Shown here: in pieces, positions 40,499-50,500 of the stretch
How positions within the stretch are numbered: position 1 is the stretch's first letter
Layout of the letters: each line of letters begins with the position of its first letter
NCBI GenBank assembly: GCA_048628825.1
Contig: CM109626.1
Span: 16,957,077 to 17,021,076, forward strand
Direction of reading: 5' to 3'
Source of the DNA: Menidia menidia
Lineage: Eukaryota
DNA: 64,000 nt
Made by a program: the position numbers and the translations under genes
Notes under the pieces: generated by a model
What the model was told of the DNA's origin: nothing
Database searches by the model: none
Seen by the model: the letters and a program-made list of their open reading frames with translations, nothing else

Positions 40499-40549
40499 CA
40501 GCTCTTCCTTCGACCTGGACTACGACTTCCAGAGGGATTACTACGACAG
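40499..40549 (+). CDS. hnrnpc: hnRNP C-like, coding exon 3: [16 protein letters not shown](R).
   Basis: The acceptor is the NAGNAG motif tttagCAG, and the donor is GACAG|gtgagt at 40549/40550. The translation is identical to the hnRNP C motif [16 protein letters not shown]. Confidence 0.8.
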
Positions 40550-40626
40550 GTGAGTGCGGAGTTTCTACCGGCTCCACCCCCCATTCGTGGCGGCTCTGAA
40601 AGGCTTGTCTCTCCCTTTCGGCCCAG

Positions 40627-40800
40627 AATGTACTCGTACCCGTCCCGCGTCCCCGCCCCTCCCCCCCCCCCCCCTGTCGCGGGCCGTCATCCCGTCCAAG
40701 CGCCCGCGGGTCAGCCTGAGCGGGGGCAGCAGCCGGCGCACCAAAAGCAGCTTCTCCTCGTCCTCCAAGAGCAGCCAGAGGACCTCATCGTCCAGAGCAA
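40627..40800 (+). CDS. hnrnpc: hnRNP C-like, coding exon 4: (R)MYSYPSRVPAPPPPPP / LSRAVIPSKRPRVSLSGGSSRRTKSSFSSSSKSSQRTSSSRA. As written, the reading frame is broken by one base inside the C14 run at 40661-40674.
   Basis: Both halves match hnRNP C ([48 protein letters not shown]) but lie in different frames. Thirteen or sixteen Cs would restore the frame. The acceptor is cccag|A and the donor GCAA|gtgggt. Confidence 0.7.
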
Positions 40801-41304
40801 GTGGGTGCCCACAACGTAGAGAGCTTAACTCTCATTTCATCCTTCTCAGAAACTCAATGATCATAAAAAATAAACGCAGAAAGCCATAAGCAAACACTAA
40901 ACCTTCAATGAGTCATAAATACATTTTACTTAAAGGACAAAAAACTTGTCAAAAGTCACTTTAGTCTTTACTTTCTGTCTTTCATTATTCACAAACTTCA
41001 TTCAGATTTTATCAGTAAAACTGAACTGACTCTTTTGTTTACAGACAAAACCCGAGAAATCGATTAAACCAGAAAAACTCCCCACTTGCACCCACCAGCC
41101 AGAGCACAAAGCTCTAAACAGAATTCTGTTTATTAACCAGTTTTTACAAAAACAGGCTAATTTGACTCTAAGTTTCATTTGAATTATTATTTTTTTGCTT
41201 CCTCCCAAATGTCTGATGGGAAAAGTTCCTTAGTCTCCTCTGAGAAACCGGTTCAGAGTCCGGGTGTGTCGGTTGTACTGAGGATGATGCGTTTTAGAGT
41301 CTGA

Positions 41305-41332
41305 CCCCCCCCCCCCCCCCCCCCCCCCCCCC
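41305..41332. repeat. C28 homopolymer directly 5' of the exon 5 acceptor of hnrnpc.
   Basis: Read directly from the sequence. Confidence 0.9.
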
Positions 41333-41344
41333 GTGTCCCTGCAG

Positions 41345-41458
41345 TGAGAGTGGACGAGCTGCAGACCATCAAGCGGGAGCTGAGCCAGATCAAAAACAAA
41401 GTGGACGACCTGCTGGACAGCCTGGAGCGCATGGAGAAGGACCACAGCAAGAAGTCGG
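41345..41458 (+). CDS. hnrnpc: hnRNP C-like, coding exon 5 (coiled-coil/bZLM): (M/V)RVDELQTIKRELSQIKNKVDDLLDSLERMEKDHSKKS.
   Basis: The acceptor is ccctgcag|TG, preceded by a C28 homopolymer, and the donor is TCGG|gtaaga. The translation is similar to hnRNP [35 protein letters not shown]. Confidence 0.8.
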
Positions 41459-41544
41459 GTAAGAGGCCGCCCGGCGCCGCCTGACCGCCCCCCCGTTGGT
41501 CCGGCGGGTCGGGGGCTGACCGCCGGCGCCCGTTTTGCCCGCAG

Positions 41545-41702
41545 CTAAGAACGCAAAACCGGAGCCGGGAGAGGTGACGTCGCCCCCACACTCCAGCAAC
41601 AAGAAGGACGAGGGCCTGAAGCGGGAGAGGGAGAGCCAGGACATGAACGACTCGGACGAGGAGGAGGAGGAAGAGGAGGGAGACCTGCTGGAGGAGGAGG
41701 AG
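41545..41702 (+). CDS. hnrnpc: hnRNP C-like, coding exon 6 (acidic region): AKNAKPEPGEVTSPPHSSNKKDEGLKRERESQDMNDSDEEEEEEEGDLLEEEE.
   Basis: The acceptor is gcccgcag|CT and the donor GAGGAG|gtgaga. The frame is anchored by ORF 41535..41792. Confidence 0.85.
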
Positions 41703-41788
41703 GTGAGATCTGAGGAAGCCCGAAGCGCCGCCGTCCCGCCGGGAGACGAGCCCGACAACAGCCTGACGCTCTGCTTTTGTTTTTATAG

Positions 41789-41899
41789 GTGAAGAGCCAA
41801 GAGCGGGAGGATGAAGAGGAGGAGGAGGAAGAGGAGGGGGAGCACGTGGAGGGAGACGAGGAAGAGGCGGACAGCGTGAACGGCGACGACGACTCATAG
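41789..41899 (+). CDS. hnrnpc: hnRNP C-like, last coding exon: VKSQEREDEEEEEEEEGEHVEGDEEEADSVNGDDDS, stop TAG at 41897-41899.
   Basis: The acceptor is ttttatag|GTG. The acidic C-terminus ends ...DDDS, like hnRNP C (...GEDDS). Confidence 0.8.
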   Translation: MKSQEREDEEEEEEEEGEHVEGDEEEADSVNGDDDS

Positions 41900-42016
41900 A
41901 CCGGAGCCGCCCCCCCCCCCCCCGGAGCTCGGACTCCTCTTTTAAACCCTCATGTTGTAGATAGAAAGTCAAACGTACAAACACAAGCATGGCGCGCCCT
42001 CTGTCACACACACACA

Positions 42017-42055
42017 CCCCCCCCCCCCCCCAAAGGTCCCCCCCCCCCCCCCCCC
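42017..42055. repeat. Two C-homopolymers (C15 and C18) separated by aaaggt, in the hnrnpc 3'UTR.
   Basis: Read directly from the sequence. Confidence 0.9.
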
Positions 42056-42326
42056 GCCCTCTCCCTCGTGGTCGTCCAGCATCGCCGTAACGGGACTCGA
42101 TGGCGGCGGGTCAGCAGGAGGAAGGCGGCCGGGTCTGTCCTGATGTTCTCAGAGACGACCGCTCGACGGACACGAGGACAGAGATCCAGCCACTAAAGGA
42201 CAGTTTTTAGCTTCCGTGTGTGTTTTTTTTGTCCATTCCTTTTTTTTTCTCTTTGACCTTTTCTGTGTCCGTATGTTAGTCGGGTTGTTTTTTTTTTTTA
42301 TATACCTCTCAGTTTAACTGTAAAGA

Positions 42327-42342
42327 AATAAATTGCAATAAA
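42327..42342 (+). terminator. hnrnpc: Two AATAAA polyadenylation signals in the hnrnpc 3'UTR, at 42327 and 42337.
   Basis: The sequence is ...aaagaaataaattgcaataaaatatt, about 430 nt after the stop codon. Confidence 0.4.
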
Positions 42343-44413
42343 ATATTAAAATCCAACCAAAAGTTTTACCAGCGTTTGTTTTTTGGGCCGGTTTGGAGGT
42401 GAGTTGATCGGTTTAAAAGCGTCTGGGAGATCGGGGTGGGGGGGGTCTGTACACAGCTGAGCCCGTTCGGCCTGCTGCAGAATAAATAGGTTTAACCTGA
42501 TCTCTGACAGCTTGACCTATAGTCTGTGGTAATAACTCATTAATTACCCGGTCGGCCCCTCAGGCCGAGCAGAAACACGCAAACCGAGCCAAAACCTAAA
42601 CCCGGAGCAGGGTGCCATGTTTGGGCAGGATGAGTAAACGCCTGGTTTACTGCTGGCCTAAACGATATGAAAATGAGACAGAATTCAGCCCGTGTGGTTT
42701 GAATAATACATTTAATGCATTGGGATTAGCGGTTGCACATAAAAGAAGTCAGTTTTTCAAAAACAAACATAATCAACATATATAAATCTATCTGTGCACG
42801 ATTAAAACAAACTGCATTGGACACTTAAAGTCTCCAAGAATAATTTTTTTACATATGGAAATCGGACATTCTCATCCAAAAATCAAATTGGCTCAAATAA
42901 ATGGACGGAATTGGGTCTGCTTGAATAGAAATGGGCATCATTTCAGACTGCTGGTCCTTAATGTGAATCAGCGAATAGTCTGTTCTGCCACATTATGGAT
43001 TCTGGAAGCAGGAAGAGATTAAAAAAGTTATTTAAAAAAAAAAAAAACTTGATTAGCTTTTATCAAATCAGCATGGAGCTGTGAGACACGCCCTCCCCGG
43101 GAGTTACCAGATGGCCAGGTTCTGCGGGCTGTGCCGGGAACTGAGGGGGTGGTTTTTTACCACCAGACACACAAAAACATCCTCCTCCGAGCTGTTCACA
43201 GGTCAGAGGAGGCCTAACCGTACACAAACCAGTCCCAGTCCACTCAAAATAGGAAAGGCAGACCTTATATTTTTCGGTCTGAAGCTCATCGGCCCTGAGT
43301 ATTTATGACGCACAAGCACACTGCACAACCCGAATTGATCAAGTACGATAAAAAAAAAAAGAGAGACTATAAATAGTTTGACACTCAGTTTTTCCCCTGA
43401 TGTGTAGAAACAGCGGCCTGGGGAGCATCTCGGCCGGGTCACAGCCTCGGGTCAGGAGAATCAGAGGGTGGGGAGGAGGCCCAGGGCCAGAAACCCCAAA
43501 AGCAGCAGCAGCCCGGCTGTTAAGGGAGACACCAGAGGAAGGGTTTCATCAGAAATCACCCACAGAAGCTTCACACTTTACATTTGACTCCTCAGAGTCG
43601 TCCCGACCGGAAACAGAGCTGCCCTGTCCTCACTTTCTGGGAACTGTGGCTCATGCCGGTCATGCTGGTTTTAGTTCTGTTTATGTTTTGGGGTTTTAAT
43701 AACATCTAGTTTTGCGACTGAAAACGGAAAGCTCCTCAAATGTCTGAAACAAAGGGTGGATATTTCCAAATTCTAGTGGTGTGTTGTTGTTTTTTTATTT
43801 CTTTATCATCTAACATTTGTTTGAGGCACTAAGATGTGCCATTTATGATACAAACCTACAAGTTTAAATAACTTTTCACTGGTTTTATTCCATGTTCGTT
43901 TGAATATTAATCTTTGAGATCAACTTTGGTCTATTCAAATTTGTTTATTTCTAGTTGAAGAAATTCAAAATATTAAGGAAACAGAACTCCAGTTCATGAT
44001 TTGTATGTTTGCTACCGGGTTGTGCGTGTGAATGTGTGCATTGTTCCAGCTAAAACACAGTTACGACACAGTTACTCACAGTTTGATGATGTTCATTGTT
44101 GTTAATAGAAGCTGTTGTGTGTAATTTTGTATATTTTGTATATATATATTTAATATTGATTGAAGGATAAACTGTTTTTTTTTTTTATCTCTGCCTTCTA
44201 TATTTGTGTGTAGGGTCAATTCTTGCAGAGTTTCAAACTCCAAAAGAAGGTGAAGACAGATAGAGGTGAGTTATTCTCAGATGCTGAACTGGGTGCTTGT
44301 CTGTTGATTCACTGAAACATTTCCCTCTCTGATGTTCACTTTATGGCTCTTTTGAAATCGTTTATGGCTCATTTTTAGAGTTTAACGACCAGACATGGCA
44401 GGCGGATGCTCAC

Positions 44414-44542
44414 CGTGGGCGTGGGGGGCCCCCCCGGCCCCTGACGTGGTGGGCGGCGTGGCCGTTGTGTTGACGTTGCTGCCGGGGTTGGTGAGGTCCA
44501 GGGGGTCGCTGCTCAGGACCACCACGAGGGGCCCAACGCCAT
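44414..44542 (-). CDS. DOMON-domain protein, exon 5 (Thr/Pro-rich stalk): (D)GVGPLVVVLSSDPLDLTNPGSNVNTTATPPTTSGAGGAPHAH(G).
   Basis: The acceptor is ttcctcag|AT, in phase with exon 4, and the donor is CACG|gtgagc. The frame is open and ends in phase 1, so the 3' exons at lower coordinates are not resolved. Confidence 0.5.
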
Positions 44543-44590
44543 CTGAGGAATAAAACCTTCAGATTAAGAGCAGGGCCAGACCTGAGGGCT

Positions 44591-44608
44591 AACCCTAACC
44601 CTAACCCA
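44591..44608. repeat. Short interstitial telomere-like repeat, (CCCTAA)3.
   Basis: The sequence is ctaaccctaaccctaaccca. Confidence 0.7.
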
Positions 44609-44740
44609 GCGGCCTTCAGCTCCAGATACTTGAAAAACTAACAAACATGAAGCTAAAAACGGGACATTTTTCTGACATTTTATGTCATGGAATGTAAAAT
44701 GGCGGCAAAACTGGGTAAAAAAGCAGCGCCCAAATCTGAC

Positions 44741-44882
44741 CGTCAGTCACGTTTCCGCGTCCCAGGAGGACGGAGAAGGTGGTGCTGTGGGAGCTCCGCA
44801 GGGCGGTGGCGTTCAACCCGCCCACGGAGAACAGGCAGCGGATCACGTCTCCACTCAGGGCGCCCTGCACGTCCACGGCGGT
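44741..44882 (-). CDS. DOMON-domain protein, exon 4: TAVDVQGALSGDVIRCLFSVGGLNATALRSSHSTTFSVLLGRGNVTD(G).
   Basis: The acceptor is ggtccgtcag|ACC and the donor GACG|gtcaga, anchored on ORF 44685..44903. It matches the C-terminal DOMON region (..Q.C.F......). Confidence 0.65.
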
Positions 44883-44914
44883 CTGACGGACCAGAGAGAG
44901 CACAGGGCATCAGC

Positions 44915-44946
44915 GGTCAGGGGTCAGGGGTCAGGGGTCAGGGGTC
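44915..44946. repeat. (GGGGTCA)n-like minisatellite of about 5 units in a DOMON-gene intron.
   Basis: The sequence is gtcaggggtcaggggtcaggggtcaggggtcc. Confidence 0.8.
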
Positions 44947-45027
44947 CAGAGCAGGTCCAGAGCCGGGCGAGCGGTGGGTTAGAGTGAGGGCTGTTTCTGA
45001 ACAGCTCCACTGGGCCGAGCGGCTCAC

Positions 45028-45129
45028 CGTGTTCTCTGGTGTCAGCATTTCGTTGGTGTTGTTTCTGCTCATGGTGCGGAAGAAGAAGGTCTCGTTTCTC
45101 TTTCCACAGATGAAGAGCCTGGTGGAGCC
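45028..45129 (-). CDS. DOMON-domain protein, exon 3: GSTRLFICGKRNETFFFRTMSRNNTNEMLTPENT.
   Basis: The acceptor is tgtccgcag|GGC and the donor AACACG|gtgagc. The exon is 102 nt in phase 0 and is consistent with the central DOMON region (Y.C...). Confidence 0.5.
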
Positions 45130-46298
45130 CTGCGGACAGAGAGGCCCAGAGGGTCAAGTTCAGCATCACAGAGCAGAGCAGCTCCTCTACCCTGACCATG
45201 AGTCCGCACAGCCTTGCATGACTTCCTTTTTTTACCCCCGACGCATCATTTTCTTCTTTGAAGCTTCAAGTGTCACTTTTTGAAGCTTTAGGATTCAGGT
45301 TCAGCAGCTTTTAGAATTTGCTTAACAGGATAGAAAAAATCGTCATCACGAGCCAAAAAAAACATTTTGCAAAAGTCTGGAGATTTAATTTCCAGTTTAG
45401 CCGCTCAAGCAGCTTTTTACTGTTCTTCAGTGGAAATAATTTTCTGTCCTCATGCTGCACCTTTGTTTTTTTTTAATGTTACTGTAAACAAAGTTTTCTT
45501 TGACGCAGCAAGTGGCTGAACATTTATTTACAAAAGGAGTTTTTCTTCTCTGCTACTTAAAGTCTGCATGAGAACAAAGGCATCCATTCATTTTCTATAC
45601 AAACACACACACACACTCACAAATTTGAAATTTGAGATAATTTTGTGAAATTCAATTCACAAATTTGCCCATTTTTCTGGTGCAGTAATAAAAAAAAAGA
45701 GTTGCTGGTTTAGCATTAATGATTAAACGGGAGGATACTAAAGCTTCTCTGACATGGGATGCAAATATTTACGTGTGTGGCAAAGCTGTGGATGATTGAC
45801 TGGGCGCAGCTAAACATTTACCCTCTGGATAACCAAGCCAATCTGGTTTGGTCATCCTGAGGACGTCCATCAGAGCTAATCCCCCATTGTTAGCGAAGTC
45901 CAACGTGAATGATGGAGCAAAAGTGGCCGAAGGAACTCGGCTGAAGTCATCTTTATCCTGTTAAAAACACCTGAGCTCATTGATTTTGGGCAAAAAGAAA
46001 AAGATGGACTTCCTGACTCTTATGCTTAAGCAGTTTATTTATGTATTTATTTATCTTTTTGTATTTATCTAGTTTTTTTCCCTACCATCATGGTTTAAAC
46101 TGGTTTAGTTATATGTAGTTTAGTTAAATAAAAATAAGTTATTTAATAGTCAAATATCTGGTTGTCATAAAGACAAGATTCAAGCCAAAAAACACCATTT
46201 TGGTGTATATATTAAAAAAACATCCAACTCTGAGTTTAATCAGTTAATTTCAGCTCAATCTAAAACTGTGCGGCCTTTCGGGGGGGGGTTGTGCGTAC

Positions 46299-46505
46299 CA
46301 CGGTTGCGTTGACGGTGAGGCCCAGCCCGATGTAGCCGGGCGACTGTCCGCTGAGTTCAAAGGACAAGTTGACCCCGTTGGGGGGCATGTGGGGGCCCGC
46401 CGCCACGGATCCAAACAGACAGCTGCTGTTCCCGGAGGGGTCGCAGTCATCCGGCGTCTCCAGGCACAGCTTAGTGAGTCCACAGCCGGTCCTGTTCACG
46501 CTCAC
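46299..46505 (-). CDS. DOMON-domain protein, exon 2: VSVNRTGCGLTKLCLETPDDCDPSGNSSCLFGSVAAGPHMPPNGVNLSFELSGQSPGYIGLGLTVNATV.
   Basis: The acceptor is tgctgcag|GTG and the donor GTG|gtacgc, anchored by ORF 46260..46535. The pattern GCG..K.C...P.CDP....C.F......NLSFELSG...GYI.LG.S matches DOMON domains of FRRS1/FRRS1L, recalled from memory. Confidence 0.75.
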
Positions 46506-47515
46506 CTGCAGCACAAAGACCAACAAACACACCAAAAGTCACTCAGCTTCATATCCCGGGTTCGCTTTCCCTGATATGAGTTTTAAACGTGAGGGCTCAG
46601 CTGGGGTTTGGGATGGTTTCCAGTTTTCGGTTTGTTTAAACAACTCGAACAAGAGGATGTGTTCGGTTTTTATAGCTGGTTGTGTTTAAATGACACCTGA
46701 AACACTGTAAATGAATTACTACTCAGGTTAATCCTGGTTACTTTGAAGCCCCCACAAAACCATCACTTACAACCCGGACAACATCTTTATAGCTTTGTTC
46801 CAATATTTCTGACTAAATCACTTGCTTTTGTCTGCATAATTTGTGTGGATGTAACATACAAAAAGGTTTCCAGTGAAACCTTTGAGGTAAAATGTAGTTC
46901 TTTTTACCCTAATGATTTGAAATAAGTGATTTTTTTTCACAGCAACTTGACCAAGATGAAACCACTGGAAGGCCATGAAAGGTACATTTTAAAACTAATT
47001 TTTGCATCTCAGTGAGTAAAAACACGCTAAACTGAAACTGTATCGTCCTGCAAATGGGAAGGGTGTGGCTCTTACGTGAGAAATTAAGGCCTTGAGGAAG
47101 GCAGCCGAACAGCACCCAGCTCATTTAAAAGCATTTATTAAAATCAATCAAGAAAAAAGAAAAACAGCCTTTACTCATTTTCTGCATTGCAGTTTTTTTT
47201 AGAACAAACAGCACAACATCTTATATCATCAGATAAAAATGATTCAAGTTTCCTCACGAAAATGTTCAAAACTCAGCGATTAGTTGTGAAAAACATAAGA
47301 ACAGGATTCCCCATAAGAATATTTTTTTCAGTTTAGTTCCATGAAACACGAGTATTTCCTCTTCTAAATGCTAACAGCCCAGAGGGGAATCAATGCTTCA
47401 GCCTCTATTTGAGGAAAGATAAAAATGTAAAATGGGGCTGGTAAATAAAGGCGCTCCATATTTCGCAGTCCAAAGGTCACAGTGGCATGTGGTGACCGGT
47501 GAAGTGTGTACCAAC

Positions 47516-47584
47516 CTGAGCCTGGACACCCGGAGCCATGAAGAGCATCACTGAGCTGAGCAGAAGGATCCAAACTTGCTCCAT
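47516..47584 (-). CDS. DOMON-domain protein, exon 1 (signal peptide): MEQVWILLLSSVMLFMAPGVQAQ.
   Basis: ATG lies at 47584-47582. The hydrophobic h-region is followed by AQA-Q. The donor is CAG|gttggt. The next exon continues in phase 0. Confidence 0.6.
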
Positions 47585-50500
47585 TTCTGTTAGGATAACA
47601 CACATTTACACAGAAAGCATGGATAAGAATTAAACAGGGTGGCTAAGCTGTTCACGAAAGGTTAAAAATGGGAAATCTCTGACACTTTGCACTAATGTGG
47701 GCTTCCTTAGTTACAAATATAGCTTTTTTAAATAAAAAATTATTTTAAAAAACACATTGGGTTGAGTAATTCCCCCATTTAACACATTAAACTGAACAAA
47801 AACCATTCAAATTGAATATTTTTCATCTAAACCATGGTATAAAAACCATCAGAATACAGTTTTGTGTTCATATTTAAGCTCTCTAAATTCAACCAAAAAG
47901 CCTCCATCCAACAAAAAGCGTGAGCAGAGTGTGACCAGGTCTCTGAGCTGTCCAGGTGAAGCGTCCAGAGACTCACCTGCTGCTGCGGGGCTTCAGCTGA
48001 GTTTCAGGAAGGCGAGAATGTGTGTTGAAGTTCAGCCGTCTCAGCTCCTGTGAGGATCTGGTCCCTGCCGGGGGGGAGAGGGGGGGGTTATATCAGTTCC
48101 CATGCTCAGCGGTGATGCAGGACCTGCATCCCGGGAGGGGCGGGGCCTCCTCACACCTGTCTGACTAACCGGTGGCTGATGGGCGTGTGCGTCTTTTGTG
48201 TTTGTATCAACAGAGATGTTTCGGCCAGTCACTGCTGGGGGGGGGGGTCTAAACACCTCTCAGTCGTTTTTCTCGCTAGGAAACACTTTTTCCAAGAGGT
48301 TACGCAAGGTTAGTATCAGCAAACAGGCCAATTTAAGTCCTTCCAAAGCCAAACGTTTTGTAACAATGAGCTGAAAAGAAAACCTTTTAGATCAAACTGC
48401 ATAGAGAGAGAAGACACCTTTGTTTGAATACGACTAAGTTTTCAGGCATTTTAAAGCTCAGCAAAGAGAAAAGACAAAGATGTTGTGGTAGGAAGATGTG
48501 CTCTGAAAACTGAATTGACAAAACTGTCAAGAAAAAGAGTTATTGACGTGCTGCATCAGGAATGTGATGGATTGGTGGGAGGTGTCGGCTGAGGCACATC
48601 GTGATCCAGCATTCCTCTCGGGGACCGTGAAACCAAAGCACAGCACAGACCAAGTGAGCAGGAAATGGCATGAAATCAAGCCACATGTCCTGATCGGAAA
48701 CCAGTTTTAATCTTCTTTTTTTTATTTTTTATTTCAAGAGAACAAAAGAACCTGTCTCTTGTCACCCACACCGGGTTTCTGGCATCTTTTGTTATTCCTG
48801 GCATTGTTTAATAAAGGACGTTTGCTTCCCTGTCAGCAGGGGAAACTCAGCTCAATGGGGAATCAATGGACGGCCCTCCAGAAACCAGAGCTCACGAGAA
48901 AGCTCTCACTTGAGCTATTGTTTGTTTTTGTTTTTTTAAATGTAATGAAAGATGTGCTACCGGGAAAATAAGTCACCGCCATGAGTTTTCTTGGTTGAGA
49001 TTGGTCCCCCGGTCTGAGTGGACCACTGTCACACTCAGAGTTTTGACACATCTAACGTTTCATGGCTTTGAGTGTTGATCTACCCGGATCCTCTTTTCTG
49101 ACTTCCACGGGAGCTTTTCGGTTGGGTGCGCAGACACTTCCACATGCGTTCAGCGGCTGAAAGCAGACGCCAGAAACATGAAGCTCATTCATCAGGAGGG
49201 TTTTTACATAGACCGTTCCTCATTTTGTACCTAAAACACCAAAACACAAACATATTCTTACGTCCAAAGAAATTCGGCCTCACCAGTGAGTCTCAGGACT
49301 AAATACACCATTGATTCAGTTGGGATTTATTTACATTTCCTGAAATTGTAAAACCTTAAGTAAAGATTGTAGAACATGTTATCATGGGCCCTGAAGCCTT
49401 CGGGTCCGAGTCCTTTGACACAGTTTAAATAAGCCGTGCCCGGGTAGTCATGTGTTTTTCCATAAAGATCAGCAGAGCAAACACAGAAAACTATGAACAT
49501 TCCCACCGAAGACATTCCTGGTTGCCATTATCACTTTTTGGCACGGAGACGTGGACGATGAAACCACAGACTCCACAACAGGGTTCAGTTCTTCCATCAA
49601 ACCCGGTTTATCCAGATACTAGGCTCCATTTCTTTCTTTTTTTTTTTTTAAAGTCTGGAACCTGCTGAGAAAAAAACAGCCTGGACTTTGAGAAACCAGC
49701 GGTGGGGCCTGAATGGCTGCTTTCTGAGCCTGTGCTGGCTCTGTATTTGAATTCAAACAGTTGTATGATTAATGAACAATGATCCAGTGGGTTATTGACG
49801 CATTTTGGCATGGCTTCGTTTCCTTGTCAGTTTACAGTCGGTGCATTTTGCATCTTCATTCCTCCGATATTTGCCTCTACACTTAAATTTGCATAATGAC
49901 TTTTGTGGGTTTCCCTGTCACAACAAAAGCAGACTTTTCTTCTCTACACGCACCACATACAGATACTTAAAGTCATCTCTCTAAACATGGTGTTTTTTTG
50001 GTGATTTTGTGGAAACAGGTGCTTGAAAAAGTGAGGGATTGGATAAGCTGTGATGTGGTTCAGTTTGCGGTTTGAAATCAGTCACTTTTGCAGACTTTAG
50101 CTGACTAAAACTCGGCTTTTCTGCCTTTCTGTCATGACGCACGCCATCAGTCCCAGATATGAATCAGCACAAACCATAAACATGACGGAAAACATTTCTC
50201 ACTCACTTTCCTTTTAACCCGATGCCGGTCATGCGCTGTGACCCGAACAGGTATGAAAGCACGCAGCCTCTCAGCCCGAGGGCACTTTGCCTGACCAAAC
50301 TTTTTATTGAACCCTTGTAAAGAACCTCATGCACAGTGTTCCATGTTCAGCAGCACAGGCCACAAACTCGCCCAAACCTCTCTGCGCTCAGATTGAAAGG
50401 ATTCAAATCAGCTTCCCCTTAAGCAAATACAGCTCCAGGTAAAAGAAAGGAGTTTTATTTGAGCTCTTCTGGCTACTTTGACGTCAGAGAGACAACAAAC

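Noticed and set aside
41253-42017. 254-aa minus-strand ORF (Arg/Pro/Gly/Leu-rich) and ORF 41390..41758.
   Set aside because: It is antisense to the acidic (GAG)n-rich exons 6-7 of hnrnpc and to C/G homopolymers, so it is a read-through artefact of GAG/CTC repeats.
44687-45283. 198-aa plus-strand ORF (Arg/Gly/Ser-rich).
   Set aside because: It is antisense to DOMON exons 3-4 and to the (GGGGTCA)n minisatellite, so it is a GC-rich artefact.
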